This document shows positions 50,428-59,768 of a stretch of 60,693 nucleotides of DNA, piece by piece. Both the position numbers and the translations under genes were made by a program. The stretch comes from a virus (Duplodnaviria; Heunggongvirae; Uroviricota; Caudoviricetes). The DNA lies in the IMG/VR virus record IMGVR_UViG_3300005077_000002, positions 128,001 through 188,693 of that record, one strand, 5' to 3'. Position 1 is the stretch's first letter; each line of letters opens with the position of its first letter. The notes beneath the pieces were generated by a model. It was not told where the DNA came from. It did not search any database and saw nothing but the letters and a program-made list of their open reading frames with translations.

Positions 50428-51077
50428 GCTAGCTGTTTCCGTATAGATCGTACATTTTTATTTATGCCAACGAGATTCTTAGTTAAAGCACCAACTTTGC
50501 CGTTTATTTTGTTGAACTTTTCGGCACTTGGCAGTAATTTTCGATACATATATGGAGCCATTACTTTATGACCAGCGAATTTACCGGCAACACCGCCAGC
50601 AAATGTAAAACCAAGAATACGAAGCATGGATGGATCATCACCATAAGCGCTGGAAAGAAATCCGGAAGCTGAACCTAGAACAGTACCCTGGAATCCGTAG
50701 ATCTTGGTTAACATATCCATATGCCTGTGGTATAACGCTCCTTTGCCGCGCATTGCAGCATTAAGCTGTGGCATTCCAAATTTAACCATAGCTGGTTTTG
50801 AGGCCGCAGTACGTCTATTAATAATATCTGGTAACTTACTGCTGGCATGTTCTTTAAGTTGTTTTAGGGCACGGTTCTGTGTGAAGCCATGTTGCATATC
50901 AGCTATAGCTTCTTTACGCTTGGTTACATGATTGGACAAGGCAGCAGCTTCGTTAGACAGATTATTCAGTACATTTTCTTGCTTGTTAACATACTTATTA
51001 CCGGCTCTAAGTATATTAGTGATCTCTTTTTTCACATTGAGAATTTCTTTAGTGGAAGACTTGGAAAATAATCCCAT
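50424..51077 (-). CDS. Basic protein with Gly-rich hydrophobic hairpin
   Basis: 217 aa; GTVLGSASG...FAGGVAG. Confidence 0.5.
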   Translation of the reverse strand: MGLFSKSSTKEILNVKKEITNILRAGNKYVNKQENVLNNLSNEAAALSNHVTKRKEAIADMQHGFTQNRALKQLKEHASSKLPDIINRRTAASKPAMVKFGMPQLNAAMRGKGALYHRHMDMLTKIYGFQGTVLGSASGFLSSAYGDDPSMLRILGFTFAGGVAGKFAGHKVMAPYMYRKLLPSAEKFNKINGKVGALTKNLVGINKNVRSIRKQLA

Positions 51078-51778
51078 TACTTTTTGTCCCCGATTTCAGT
51101 AAATGTAGCCTCTTCAATACGGGCTTTATTCTGTTCTACAATTTGCTGATAGCGTTTGAGCTTTTCTGACTGTTCTTTGGACTCGTCCCTGGATTTATCA
51201 ATATTGTACTTTTTACGTATTTCTCTGGTAGCAAGAAAATCTTTCCTAAGCTGCGCCTTAAGACGTTTAGCGCGTTCTTTGACAGCAACGGCAGGATTCT
51301 CTTTCTTTTCATAGAATATGGTACCTGTTATGGGATCAACATTAGACACGCTCTCAACGATAAGTTGATTAATAGCCAGTTCGCGTTGTGCCCGGATCTC
51401 CTGTATTTCGGCATCGATATATTCTTCTATCATCGTTAATTCAACAATGTTTTCAGGATCTACATTAAAATCGCGAATCAGTGTGGTAACCAGCTGATCT
51501 ATAACTACCTTTTCTTCCACACACCCATGACCAACCGGGGCGAGACCCATATTGTAATACATACACACCGACGCATATGGGCACTTAGACCCTTCGCATT
51601 TAATTGGAATACGATTTTTAAGACCAAGTGCTGAATTGCCGGCAGCATGCGCTTCAAGCATTTTCAGCTGAGCAGGGGTTACCTTGATTGTCTCACGCAG
51701 CTCTTCCGGCATATTGTCCAGAATGAGCTGCACGCTAGCTGAATCCTTCAGATCAGATAGTTTGATAAGGTCTGACAC
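51077..51778 (-). CDS. Zn-binding helical protein, terminase small subunit candidate
   Basis: CEGSKCPYASVC...C cluster, then ENPAVAVKERA...FLATRE, resembling the P27-family TerS C-terminal pattern. Confidence 0.45.
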   Translation of the reverse strand: MSDLIKLSDLKDSASVQLILDNMPEELRETIKVTPAQLKMLEAHAAGNSALGLKNRIPIKCEGSKCPYASVCMYYNMGLAPVGHGCVEEKVVIDQLVTTLIRDFNVDPENIVELTMIEEYIDAEIQEIRAQRELAINQLIVESVSNVDPITGTIFYEKKENPAVAVKERAKRLKAQLRKDFLATREIRKKYNIDKSRDESKEQSEKLKRYQQIVEQNKARIEEATFTEIGDKK

Positions 51779-53185
51779 TTATATAACTATCCTTAAAATG
51801 GTCTCGCCTTCACCCATTAAATGTGCCGTACGCAATCCTGTAACATTCGATGCTGAATGAACCGGGTAGCCTTCATAACTGGTCGTGTCCTGCAAATCTA
51901 TGGGATGTGGCAGAATATCGGGCCTGCCGTTTTCATTACGTTCGATTATATAAGTATTCTGACTGACTCGTGATACTACACTAAGCCTGGAGAAATTGTA
52001 TGCATTATCCCCTACCCCAGATCCGCTCATGCCCATCATCTCTTCCAGTTTAAGGTGATGCTTATGACCGGTAATTACGTAATGTACAATCTTATCCATC
52101 TTGGCGTATTTAAGCACAAGTCTTTCAAGCGATGATCTGTTATGCCCGTGCCACAGCAATATGTTGGCCGTGTTTACATTAATAAGCAGCTCGTGGTCCG
52201 TTGTTACTTCGGCAAAGTGTACATTGGATTGATCGCGCAGTATTACGCTTAAAAAATGATGTAACAGAAAATCGAAATTATTATGAAAATCAATGGACTG
52301 GATTTCTTCATCCAGCCTGGACTCATTGCCAAAAACAGATACTACAGTGATATTAAAGTATCTGGCCAGATCCTGTATGAAGGAGGCAACCAGGTCGGCG
52401 CCTATTAAAAAGCCCTCTGACATAGCTTTCAGATTACGAAGTATTTCGTCCTTGCGTCTGCTGGAATTAAACATATCCCCGGTAATAGCAATGACTACAT
52501 TTTCTATACCGTAGGCTTTTAGTAACTCGCGGACCCTGACAGCATACTTATGCAGCCTGCGCCCGGCAATCACAAAATTATATTCATTCTTACCTTTGGT
52601 ATCGTGCAGCTGCACTTCTTCAATAATATGCCAGTCAGATAACTGTACGATAGCCACGCGATTACCGTGATTGTCACAACCTACCAGCAAATCATCGCTA
52701 AGCTTTACGGGAGTCCTGCCAGGTATGCTAGACTTAATTTCCTCGAGAAGCTGACGGGTTGCTACCACTACCCTGTCCTTCTCGCGGAACATTTTGCGCA
52801 GAATGCGGTTCTGATCCATTAGGTTTTGTCTGGACCGGCGCAACTTATGATATTGATCTATGGTTATATTGCCGTTTTCGAACTGATCATCCAGTTCTTC
52901 ATCCGGGCTAAATATGGAAGTTATTTCTTCTTCTTCGGAGTCTTCTTGCTCTTGCACATAGTCCTTGTCTCCTTTCATATTTTCATGTTTGTCAGGTAGT
53001 GGATCTAAATCACTATATCGTTCAAGTAAAGATGTCTTATCGTTAATCCATAACTTTACAATGGCTTTGGTGCCTGTAAAATTATAATCATTAACGAGTA
53101 TATTGTATACGTCTGATATATCTCGTTTGAGATCAGTTTCAAAAAGTCTTATCGCGGTCAGTTTAAGACGCGGATCATAACTCAT
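51779..53185 (-). CDS. Calcineurin-like metallophosphoesterase with N-terminal acidic/coiled region
   Basis: SDWH, TGDMFN, FGNES, WHGH, TGHKH motifs. Confidence 0.85.
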   Translation of the reverse strand: MSYDPRLKLTAIRLFETDLKRDISDVYNILVNDYNFTGTKAIVKLWINDKTSLLERYSDLDPLPDKHENMKGDKDYVQEQEDSEEEEITSIFSPDEELDDQFENGNITIDQYHKLRRSRQNLMDQNRILRKMFREKDRVVVATRQLLEEIKSSIPGRTPVKLSDDLLVGCDNHGNRVAIVQLSDWHIIEEVQLHDTKGKNEYNFVIAGRRLHKYAVRVRELLKAYGIENVVIAITGDMFNSSRRKDEILRNLKAMSEGFLIGADLVASFIQDLARYFNITVVSVFGNESRLDEEIQSIDFHNNFDFLLHHFLSVILRDQSNVHFAEVTTDHELLINVNTANILLWHGHNRSSLERLVLKYAKMDKIVHYVITGHKHHLKLEEMMGMSGSGVGDNAYNFSRLSVVSRVSQNTYIIERNENGRPDILPHPIDLQDTTSYEGYPVHSASNVTGLRTAHLMGEGETILRIVI

Positions 53186-53216
53186 ACAATTCCACCTCGT
53201 TGTTGCGTATTTACAA

Positions 53217-53227
53217 TAGATATGTCA
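53217..53227 (-). promoter_or_regulatory. Phage promoter-like motif TGACATATCTA
   Basis: 31 nt upstream of the phosphoesterase gene. Confidence 0.7.
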
Positions 53228-53230
53228 AAG

Positions 53231-53476
53231 TTATTTGGCAGAATATGAAAAAATAAGCTTAGTAAGATCGGGATTGGTCCTACATAGATTTATGCAGGCT
53301 TTTGTAAGTATGATGCAGGCAGGGCCCATTAGTGAATACATTTCGTAGAATCCAGACCAAAAATCTGTGGCCGCCACGGGCTCAGGTACTTTATCCGGAC
53401 TGGTACACCAGCTAATGAGCTGGCGGCGCAAGTCGGCCGCCTCATTAGCTATAATTTCAGATTCAATATCCGTCAA
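53231..53476 (-). CDS. Hypothetical protein
   Basis: 81-aa ORF in a tightly packed operon. Confidence 0.5.
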   Translation of the reverse strand: MTDIESEIIANEAADLRRQLISWCTSPDKVPEPVAATDFWSGFYEMYSLMGPACIILTKACINLCRTNPDLTKLIFSYSAK

Positions 53477-53478
53477 TG

Positions 53479-53874
53479 CTACACCCAGCGTGTACCATGA
53501 GTATCTTCAATAAATTCTTTCGGATGCTCGCTGATCATTTTGTGTCTCAGCGCTTCAGCTTTCTTAGATCTTATCCATGCATCATCCACTTGGCAGAAAG
53601 CCATTATGGATCTTTTTATGTGAAGTGGATTATGTTCCAGGTACTGGCTTTTTATGATACGTTCATAGTCTCCAACGGCAACCAGGTACCACTTTTTGTA
53701 CTTACGATCCAGTATAAGCTGGAATACAATTTCTTCCTCGGCAGCAAGAGACTCAAGTTCATTAAGAGTCATATCAACTATAACAGGATCATTGGCTCCA
53801 CCGGTATCAATAACTATTTCAGCCATTGTGCGTAAGGATTTCGGCAGAGAACCCAAATGATTTAAAATGGTCAT
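53479..53874 (-). CDS. Hypothetical protein (start re-assigned to ATG 53874)
   Basis: ATGA overlap with the clpP stop and SD GGAG upstream of MTILNH. Confidence 0.55.
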   Translation of the reverse strand: MTILNHLGSLPKSLRTMAEIVIDTGGANDPVIVDMTLNELESLAAEEEIVFQLILDRKYKKWYLVAVGDYERIIKSQYLEHNPLHIKRSIMAFCQVDDAWIRSKKAEALRHKMISEHPKEFIEDTHGTRWV

Positions 53875-54467
53875 AAAATCTCCGTAAGTATATTGTGTAC
53901 AAGACCATGTTGCATGGCCTCTTCTGCTGTAAGAAACGTTTCCGTCTTCAGCCATTCCATAATTTTACTTCTATCACCTAATAAAGTGCTTAATACATTT
54001 TCATAGGTTGACTGCAGCCAGTCATAATGAATTTTCGTATCATTCATCTCACGATATGATACACCTTCCGGTGGATAATATTTGACGTTATGAATAAGAA
54101 ATGAGGAGTATGGCAGGCTGTATCTGTTTGCACACGACATGAATATAAGAGCAGCACCGGAATACGCTTTGGCCAGATTAATGGCAAATGTGTTAGCATC
54201 CAGTGATTTAAGAATGGTGGATATGGCCAAAGATTCCTGCAGATCACCACCAGTTGAATCTATCAGTATATAGATATCGTCATGCGGAGTTATACGATCC
54301 TCCAGGGTATCAATGAAGGTACTTAATGTTTCCTCACTAATATCACCAAACAACTTAAACTTTATACTGTTGCGCTTTACGGGTTTGTCATTGTTCTTCT
54401 TCTTCTTCGAAGGCGTAGATGATGTTGCGTGTGTACGTGTATTTCGAGATAATTTCTGATCCTGCAT
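53871..54467 (-). CDS. clpP: ClpP-like serine protease
   Basis: IDSTGGD, AYSGA (Ser), LIHN (His), ETFLTAEEAMQHGLV. Confidence 0.85.
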   Translation of the reverse strand: MQDQKLSRNTRTHATSSTPSKKKKNNDKPVKRNSIKFKLFGDISEETLSTFIDTLEDRITPHDDIYILIDSTGGDLQESLAISTILKSLDANTFAINLAKAYSGAALIFMSCANRYSLPYSSFLIHNVKYYPPEGVSYREMNDTKIHYDWLQSTYENVLSTLLGDRSKIMEWLKTETFLTAEEAMQHGLVHNILTEIL

Positions 54468-54654
54468 ACTGTTCAGTTTCCTTTGGGGTAATTAGTGTGC
54501 TGATTTCTATGATACTTACATCACTGACGGCATGACCGTTAAAACTTGTCATACCTTCTATTGCTGCTAGGGTATCGTTCGTGAGCTTATCCAGGTCGGA
54601 TAACTGCTCGGTAGATACAGTTTTGCACCTAACCCGGGATAGTGTTTCTGCCAT
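54388..54654 (-). CDS. Hypothetical protein
   Basis: 88 aa; coupled to the upstream gene and overlaps the clpP start by 80 nt. Confidence 0.45.
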   Translation of the reverse strand: MAETLSRVRCKTVSTEQLSDLDKLTNDTLAAIEGMTSFNGHAVSDVSIIEISTLITPKETEQYAGSEIISKYTYTRNIIYAFEEEEEQ

Positions 54655-54866
54655 TAATATTCATCCTCAGTTAGTGGTTCGTCGCCCATACCCTTAGTGG
54701 CCCAATCGACCTTAAGTTTTGTCTCTGTCCAATAGATGCGACCGCATGAACAGGTTGTTGGTCCATCTGAAAACACCTGTACGATTTCACCGCAAATACA
54801 TTTGGCATTGACTTTCTGCTGATTCCATTCAAATTGCCAATTACTATGTTCAACACCGATATCCAT
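54654..54866 (-). CDS. Small zinc-ribbon protein
   Basis: CICG...CSCG; SD AAGGA. Confidence 0.6.
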   Translation of the reverse strand: MDIGVEHSNWQFEWNQQKVNAKCICGEIVQVFSDGPTTCSCGRIYWTETKLKVDWATKGMGDEPLTEDEY

Positions 54867-54867
54867 A

Positions 54868-55941
54868 TTAATTCCTTACACTTCTGTTATAGTATCTGTT
54901 CGCGTAACTTACTCTTCTCCGTGTATTAGCACGTAACTGCTCTGCTCTTTCATCATCACGCATCGTAGATGGTAGAGATATGTCTAAGTTAAACTTATTA
55001 GCCTCATGTAAATCTTGCCAATGGTCCACATTTGGACGCATAAGGATGGCTTGGGTAAGCTGGCTGCTTTCAGAAGCCGCTGCCCACTGCACCGTATGCT
55101 TGATTACCTGGGCCGCTGCTGTTACGCATTCTGAATTGGAGCCGGCTGCAATGGAATCGATATCTTTGAAGAACGCAGACATCTCACCATCCGCTACACT
55201 GTCATTGTCGAACGTCTGCCCTTTTTTAATCCAGGCCATAAGTTTCTCAGCAGGTTTATCATGCAAATTAACCCTGATCCACTTAACGGTCCGGCCGGCA
55301 ACTGGCACCTTTTCCAGTTTACTTTTCTTGATCATTTTGGACCCGAGCTGTAAACCAAAAGCCAGCAGCATTTTAAATAAGATGGCTAACAGTCCAACCT
55401 GGGATTGTTTCATACGCTGTTCCGTTGCCGACTGCAGGGATTGTTCCTGAGTTGGATCCTGGTGAGCATTGAGATCAAAATTGGCTATATCGTCGCAGGT
55501 CATGGATTCAGGGAAGTTTACACGCGGCACCATCATGCCATCTGGGGTTGATTTTGCAAATAGCATCTGGCTTGGTTCGAAACCGTATGTCGTCAGGAAA
55601 GCATTGTTCATTATCCGGAGTGATTTATCGAAGGTATTGTAGTCTATCACGCTATTCTGCTGTCCATCGGTGAGTTTTGATATGGCGGCGGACAGTATTG
55701 GATGATCATCCGGAGTAATGTTTATGCGCAGGGGCCGGCTGTGTTCTTCCAGGGACTTACGCAAGTTATCAAAACCGGCATCAGTACCAATTGCTTTATT
55801 AAGTAATTCTGAGTACTCATCGACTTCGGCTTGCAGTTCAGGATTATCGGGTGTGTCAGGGGTCTTTATATCAATGAGTACATCACCTTTAACGGGAGGT
55901 ACCGGTCTTATAATACGAGGTTTGTGTGTGAGAAGCGACAT
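54868..55941 (-). CDS. Hypothetical protein with one hydrophobic segment; first gene of the late region
   Basis: 357 aa; preceded by the promoter motif and SD GGAG. Confidence 0.65.
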   Translation of the reverse strand: MSLLTHKPRIIRPVPPVKGDVLIDIKTPDTPDNPELQAEVDEYSELLNKAIGTDAGFDNLRKSLEEHSRPLRINITPDDHPILSAAISKLTDGQQNSVIDYNTFDKSLRIMNNAFLTTYGFEPSQMLFAKSTPDGMMVPRVNFPESMTCDDIANFDLNAHQDPTQEQSLQSATEQRMKQSQVGLLAILFKMLLAFGLQLGSKMIKKSKLEKVPVAGRTVKWIRVNLHDKPAEKLMAWIKKGQTFDNDSVADGEMSAFFKDIDSIAAGSNSECVTAAAQVIKHTVQWAAASESSQLTQAILMRPNVDHWQDLHEANKFNLDISLPSTMRDDERAEQLRANTRRRVSYANRYYNRSVRN

Positions 55942-55986
55942 TAAATCTCCGACATATGCAGGAGGACTTTATTGTCCTCACTGCAA

Positions 55987-55997
55987 TAGATATGTCA
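55987..55997 (-). promoter_or_regulatory. Phage promoter-like motif TGACATATCTA
   Basis: 45 nt upstream of the first late-region gene. Confidence 0.7.
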
Positions 55998-56008
55998 AGA
56001 GTTTAATG

Positions 56009-56590
56009 TTATGAGTTACTGAATTTTGGTGAATAGGGTTCTTTATCTGTGATAATGGCGAGAAGTATAGGCATGGGTAATGAAGAATCATCCGATATGG
56101 TACTGAGTTCGATACTGACTTTAATGTACCCACCGGACTTAACGGGTATATTAATATTATACCTGCCGGATTTAGGAACATTGGTTACCGGCATCCATTT
56201 GGTTATGTCCAGGAAAGGTAAATCTTCCTTGGTATATTCTGTGATATAGGTAAAGGCTTCATTGCATTCAATGATATTGCCCTTCTTGCCAACCAGCAAC
56301 ATGGGTATGCCATGCGTGATAGACAAATTAGATGAGACAGTTCCCCAGATTGCTTTGACGACGGTGAGAATATCCTGGCAGGCTAATGGTTCTAAAAGAT
56401 CTGATACGGAGCAACTGAAGACGGAGGATAAGGAGGTTAAGGTGTTGAGTGACGGGTTACAATGTCCGTTTTCGATTCGGCTTATTTGGGTACGGTCGAC
56501 GCCGCTAAGTTGAGCCAGTTTCTCCTGGCTGATTCCAAGCTGTGTTCGCTTGGAGGTTACAGTACGTGCTATAGATAAAGACATACACAA
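56009..56590 (-). CDS. XRE-family HTH regulator with C-terminal PAS-like domain
   Basis: RTQLGISQEKLAQLSGVDRTQISRIENG..NPSL, then GNIIECNEAFTYITEYTKEDL (PAS signature). Confidence 0.85.
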   Translation of the reverse strand: MCMSLSIARTVTSKRTQLGISQEKLAQLSGVDRTQISRIENGHCNPSLNTLTSLSSVFSCSVSDLLEPLACQDILTVVKAIWGTVSSNLSITHGIPMLLVGKKGNIIECNEAFTYITEYTKEDLPFLDITKWMPVTNVPKSGRYNINIPVKSGGYIKVSIELSTISDDSSLPMPILLAIITDKEPYSPKFSNS

Positions 56591-56641
56591 TCCTTTGTTG
56601 TATGCTTGTTATAGAAAGGTTCAATTTCCGTCCGAACCTGT

Positions 56642-56667
56642 TGCACATGAGTTATTTATCATGTACA
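56642..56667. promoter_or_regulatory. Inverted repeat, candidate operator
   Basis: TGCACATGA-N8-TCATGTACA (one mismatch) between the divergent regulators. Confidence 0.4.
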
Positions 56668-56707
56668 TTACTACATAATTAATTCAATAGTAGCGATTAA
56701 TTGCACT

Positions 56708-56736
56708 AATATAATAATATGATATTTGTGTGTCAA
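56708..56736 (-). promoter_or_regulatory. Sigma70-type promoter for the XRE-PAS gene
   Basis: Minus strand TTGACA-17 nt-TATATT. Confidence 0.6.
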
Positions 56737-56820
56737 TAGATATTTTAGAAACTTTTGCATAGTGTATATACATGGATAAGTATATAATTAATATAAATTT
56801 AACTATACAAGGATGGTACG

Positions 56821-58785
56821 ATGGTAAATTTAACTAAAATACTGGGAGATGTCTACATGACAATAAAAGAGTCCGGAGCACCACCAGAATTGGATGATAC
56901 TCAGGTTTCGTCCATAAAGCATACACTAAGCCACAATGTACTGTTCCTGCGATTATACTTAGGATTCATTGCAAAATCATCACCATATGACCAGAACGAA
57001 TTTTCCAAATTACTGCAAATATCCAGCAGTGGCCTAAGACGATGGGAAAGTGGAGAAGTAATACCAAATCAGCTGTCACTACATATGTTGTGCAATCTGA
57101 CGAATAAAACACTCAATATGGAACATAGCGTTAATCCTGAAGATCTGCTCTGTAAAAATCTTGTACATGAATTACCCATTATCATAGCATCACACAGTGG
57201 GCCAGGTACCAGGGTAGATACAGACACAGGATTTCTGTCACACCTGGTTACCGAGGTATCAGACGTAACGGCAAGGGACAGTGTATTACTGAACCATTCG
57301 GTAGCTGGTATCTACATGACCGACGAGGCCATGATAATTACTTTTGTGAATCCAGCATTTTGTCGTATAACGGGGTATGACAGGTTGGATCTGCTTGGTA
57401 TTAACCTGCTGGATATTATTCACAGTGAAGACAGATCAACAATAATTGCTTTGGCGACCACATCCAAAAAACTACAGAACACGGTATGTGTTCGCATGCT
57501 TAGTACTGACAAAGGAACCAGGCATATGGAAATAATGCAGGAACGTGTATCTGGCAGGTCAGTATCATTTATAGGTAATGTTATAGATATAACGGATAGG
57601 GTTAAACATAATGTTTTAACTGAAATACGCAGTGAACTTAACAAAAGGCTTGGCCTCGTACATAGTGTAAAAGATGCAGCAAACATATTTATAGAATACC
57701 TGTGCAATATGGATGAAATAGATAGTGGATGCCTGTATCTATTTGATCAGGATAACATGTTAAAACTGTATGGTAACTATGGACTACCTGATTACTTTAT
57801 TCAACATGTGCACGAATATGACAAAGATGGTCAGCATAGCAAACTGGTTACATCTGGTATGCCTCTGTACAACGCATTGGACTATATAATAGAACATAAA
57901 TTACTGCCTGATGAGATACTATTAAATGACTTTTTTAAAGACATTACTTCTATTTCAATGGTGCCTATACAGGTAAATAATAAGTATATAGGATGTTTTA
58001 TAGTATTTTCTAAAAAGTACAAACAACTTGATGCAATGATACAACATTTTCTTAGTAGTATATCTAACACCATTGGACTATTCATCGAAAAATTAAGTAA
58101 GAATAATAAAATAAGGGAAAACGAAATATTACTAAAAACATTACTTGGATCAATAAACGATCATTGCATGCTCATTGGTGTAGACGGCTCAATAATAGTG
58201 ACAAATAAACCGTGCAAAGACTGCGACAACGATTGTGAGTACATGTGCAATGGCAAAAAATATATCACATTGCCTCAGCATATAACCAACGGGAATAGTC
58301 TGGCGCTAAACACTAAAACAATTTATCAGTCCAATACTGATGATGGCAGGATCATCAGAACAGAGATACGACCATCTACTAAAATTGATGATGTAGAGTA
58401 TTCGGTATACATAGCCAGGGATATAACAGAAATGGCATTGGAACGAGCCATGATGCAAAAAGACAAATCAATGCTGTCTGATATAATTAATTTTCTTCCA
58501 TTCGGAATAGCCATTTTCGACAACAACTCCATACTGCAGTACATTAATCGTAAGTTCACGGAGATAACCAGCTATGACAAAGATACCATACTTACAAGAA
58601 CAGACTGGGAAAACAAAGCTGAACCGAAGTCAACACTGCATTCGAATATGTGTGTACACGATACACCGGTTTACCATATTAAAAATCCACGGGGCATATT
58701 AATAAAACTGCATATAAGTGAGTATATTACTGGATATGGCCAGGTGATACTCGTAATATACAATTGCACAAAGGAGGTGAATTAA
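56821..58785 (+). CDS. One-component sensor-regulator: HTH + PAS + GAF + PAS/PAS
   Basis: QNEFSKLLQISSSGLRRWESGEVIP (HTH); FVNPAFCRITGYDRLDLLG..LLDIIHSED (PAS); DSGCLYL...SMVPI...IGCF (GAF); YINRKFTEITSY (PAS). No kinase or GGDEF output seen. Confidence 0.8.
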   Translation: MVNLTKILGDVYMTIKESGAPPELDDTQVSSIKHTLSHNVLFLRLYLGFIAKSSPYDQNEFSKLLQISSSGLRRWESGEVIPNQLSLHMLCNLTNKTLNMEHSVNPEDLLCKNLVHELPIIIASHSGPGTRVDTDTGFLSHLVTEVSDVTARDSVLLNHSVAGIYMTDEAMIITFVNPAFCRITGYDRLDLLGINLLDIIHSEDRSTIIALATTSKKLQNTVCVRMLSTDKGTRHMEIMQERVSGRSVSFIGNVIDITDRVKHNVLTEIRSELNKRLGLVHSVKDAANIFIEYLCNMDEIDSGCLYLFDQDNMLKLYGNYGLPDYFIQHVHEYDKDGQHSKLVTSGMPLYNALDYIIEHKLLPDEILLNDFFKDITSISMVPIQVNNKYIGCFIVFSKKYKQLDAMIQHFLSSISNTIGLFIEKLSKNNKIRENEILLKTLLGSINDHCMLIGVDGSIIVTNKPCKDCDNDCEYMCNGKKYITLPQHITNGNSLALNTKTIYQSNTDDGRIIRTEIRPSTKIDDVEYSVYIARDITEMALERAMMQKDKSMLSDIINFLPFGIAIFDNNSILQYINRKFTEITSYDKDTILTRTDWENKAEPKSTLHSNMCVHDTPVYHIKNPRGILIKLHISEYITGYGQVILVIYNCTKEVN

Positions 58786-58854
58786 CCGCAAGCTTTTTGT
58801 AATTAACATGCCTGTATTTCTCACGATATACTTTAATACATGCGATTTTGCCTA

Positions 58855-58883
58855 TTGACCTGGCATAAAATGCATAGTAATTT
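58855..58883 (+). promoter_or_regulatory. Possible sigma70 promoter for parAB
   Basis: TTGACC-17 nt-TAATTT upstream of SD AGGAG. Confidence 0.35.
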
Positions 58884-58934
58884 ACTTTAAAATGTGTTGT
58901 ATTTTACACTTAAGTACATATTAGGAGCATTGCA

Positions 58935-59768
58935 ATGGAGAATTACAGGATTATAGTAGCTAATCAAAAAGGCGGTGTAGGTAAAACAACAACAGTATTA
59001 AATGTTGCCGTAGAGCTGGCGCAACTGGGTAAACGGGTTCTCGTGATAGATTTGGACCCCCAGCGCAACTCGTCGAAGACACTTGGCCGGGTACATCCTA
59101 ACGAAGCAAAGTACACTGTTTTCGACCTGTTCTTCAGGGATAATATGAGCCCCACAACCTTTGTGTCGCTATGCGGCAAAGATTACCCGGAAACATTAAA
59201 GTTGATACACGGATCGTTGACACTTTCCACAGGTGATGTAACATTCATGGAATATGCCATGAAACACAAAACAGACCCATATGCCGTACTGGCCAAACGT
59301 ATGAGGAACGATGTAATCAACAGCGAGTTCGATTACATATTAATGGATACGCCCCCTACCCTATCGGCGCTTACAGTAAATGCTCTAGCGGCCGGCACGC
59401 ATATCATCATTCCGATTGAGTCCGGAGATGAGTATTCCCTGGACGGCATGGATCAACTGAATGAAACCATCGTCAATACAATTAAGAATTCAAATCCTAC
59501 TTTGAAGATATTAGGCGTACTGGTCACCAAGCACGATGGACGTTACAACACCTGCAAAGCTACATTAAGCATTGCAAAAAATACATTCCCTGATCTATTA
59601 TTTAACACAGCCATTACCAGATCACAGGAAGTTCAGAATGCACTCATGCAGTTTAATAAACCGATCGTAATGTATCGTACTCATAACCAAACAACACAAG
59701 ACTACAAACAATTAACAACAGAGATATTGGAGAGATTAAATGGACAACAGCACATCACCACGAGTTGA
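58935..59768 (+). CDS. parA: ParA/Soj partition ATPase
   Basis: NQKGGVGKTT, IDLDPQ, DYILMDTPP. Confidence 0.95.
   Translation: MENYRIIVANQKGGVGKTTTVLNVAVELAQLGKRVLVIDLDPQRNSSKTLGRVHPNEAKYTVFDLFFRDNMSPTTFVSLCGKDYPETLKLIHGSLTLSTGDVTFMEYAMKHKTDPYAVLAKRMRNDVINSEFDYILMDTPPTLSALTVNALAAGTHIIIPIESGDEYSLDGMDQLNETIVNTIKNSNPTLKILGVLVTKHDGRYNTCKATLSIAKNTFPDLLFNTAITRSQEVQNALMQFNKPIVMYRTHNQTTQDYKQLTTEILERLNGQQHITTS

Noticed and set aside
6-56513. Numerous plus-strand and alternate-frame ORFs of 60-200 aa in the ORF track
   Set aside because: They are shadows of long minus-strand genes, with no recognisable motifs.
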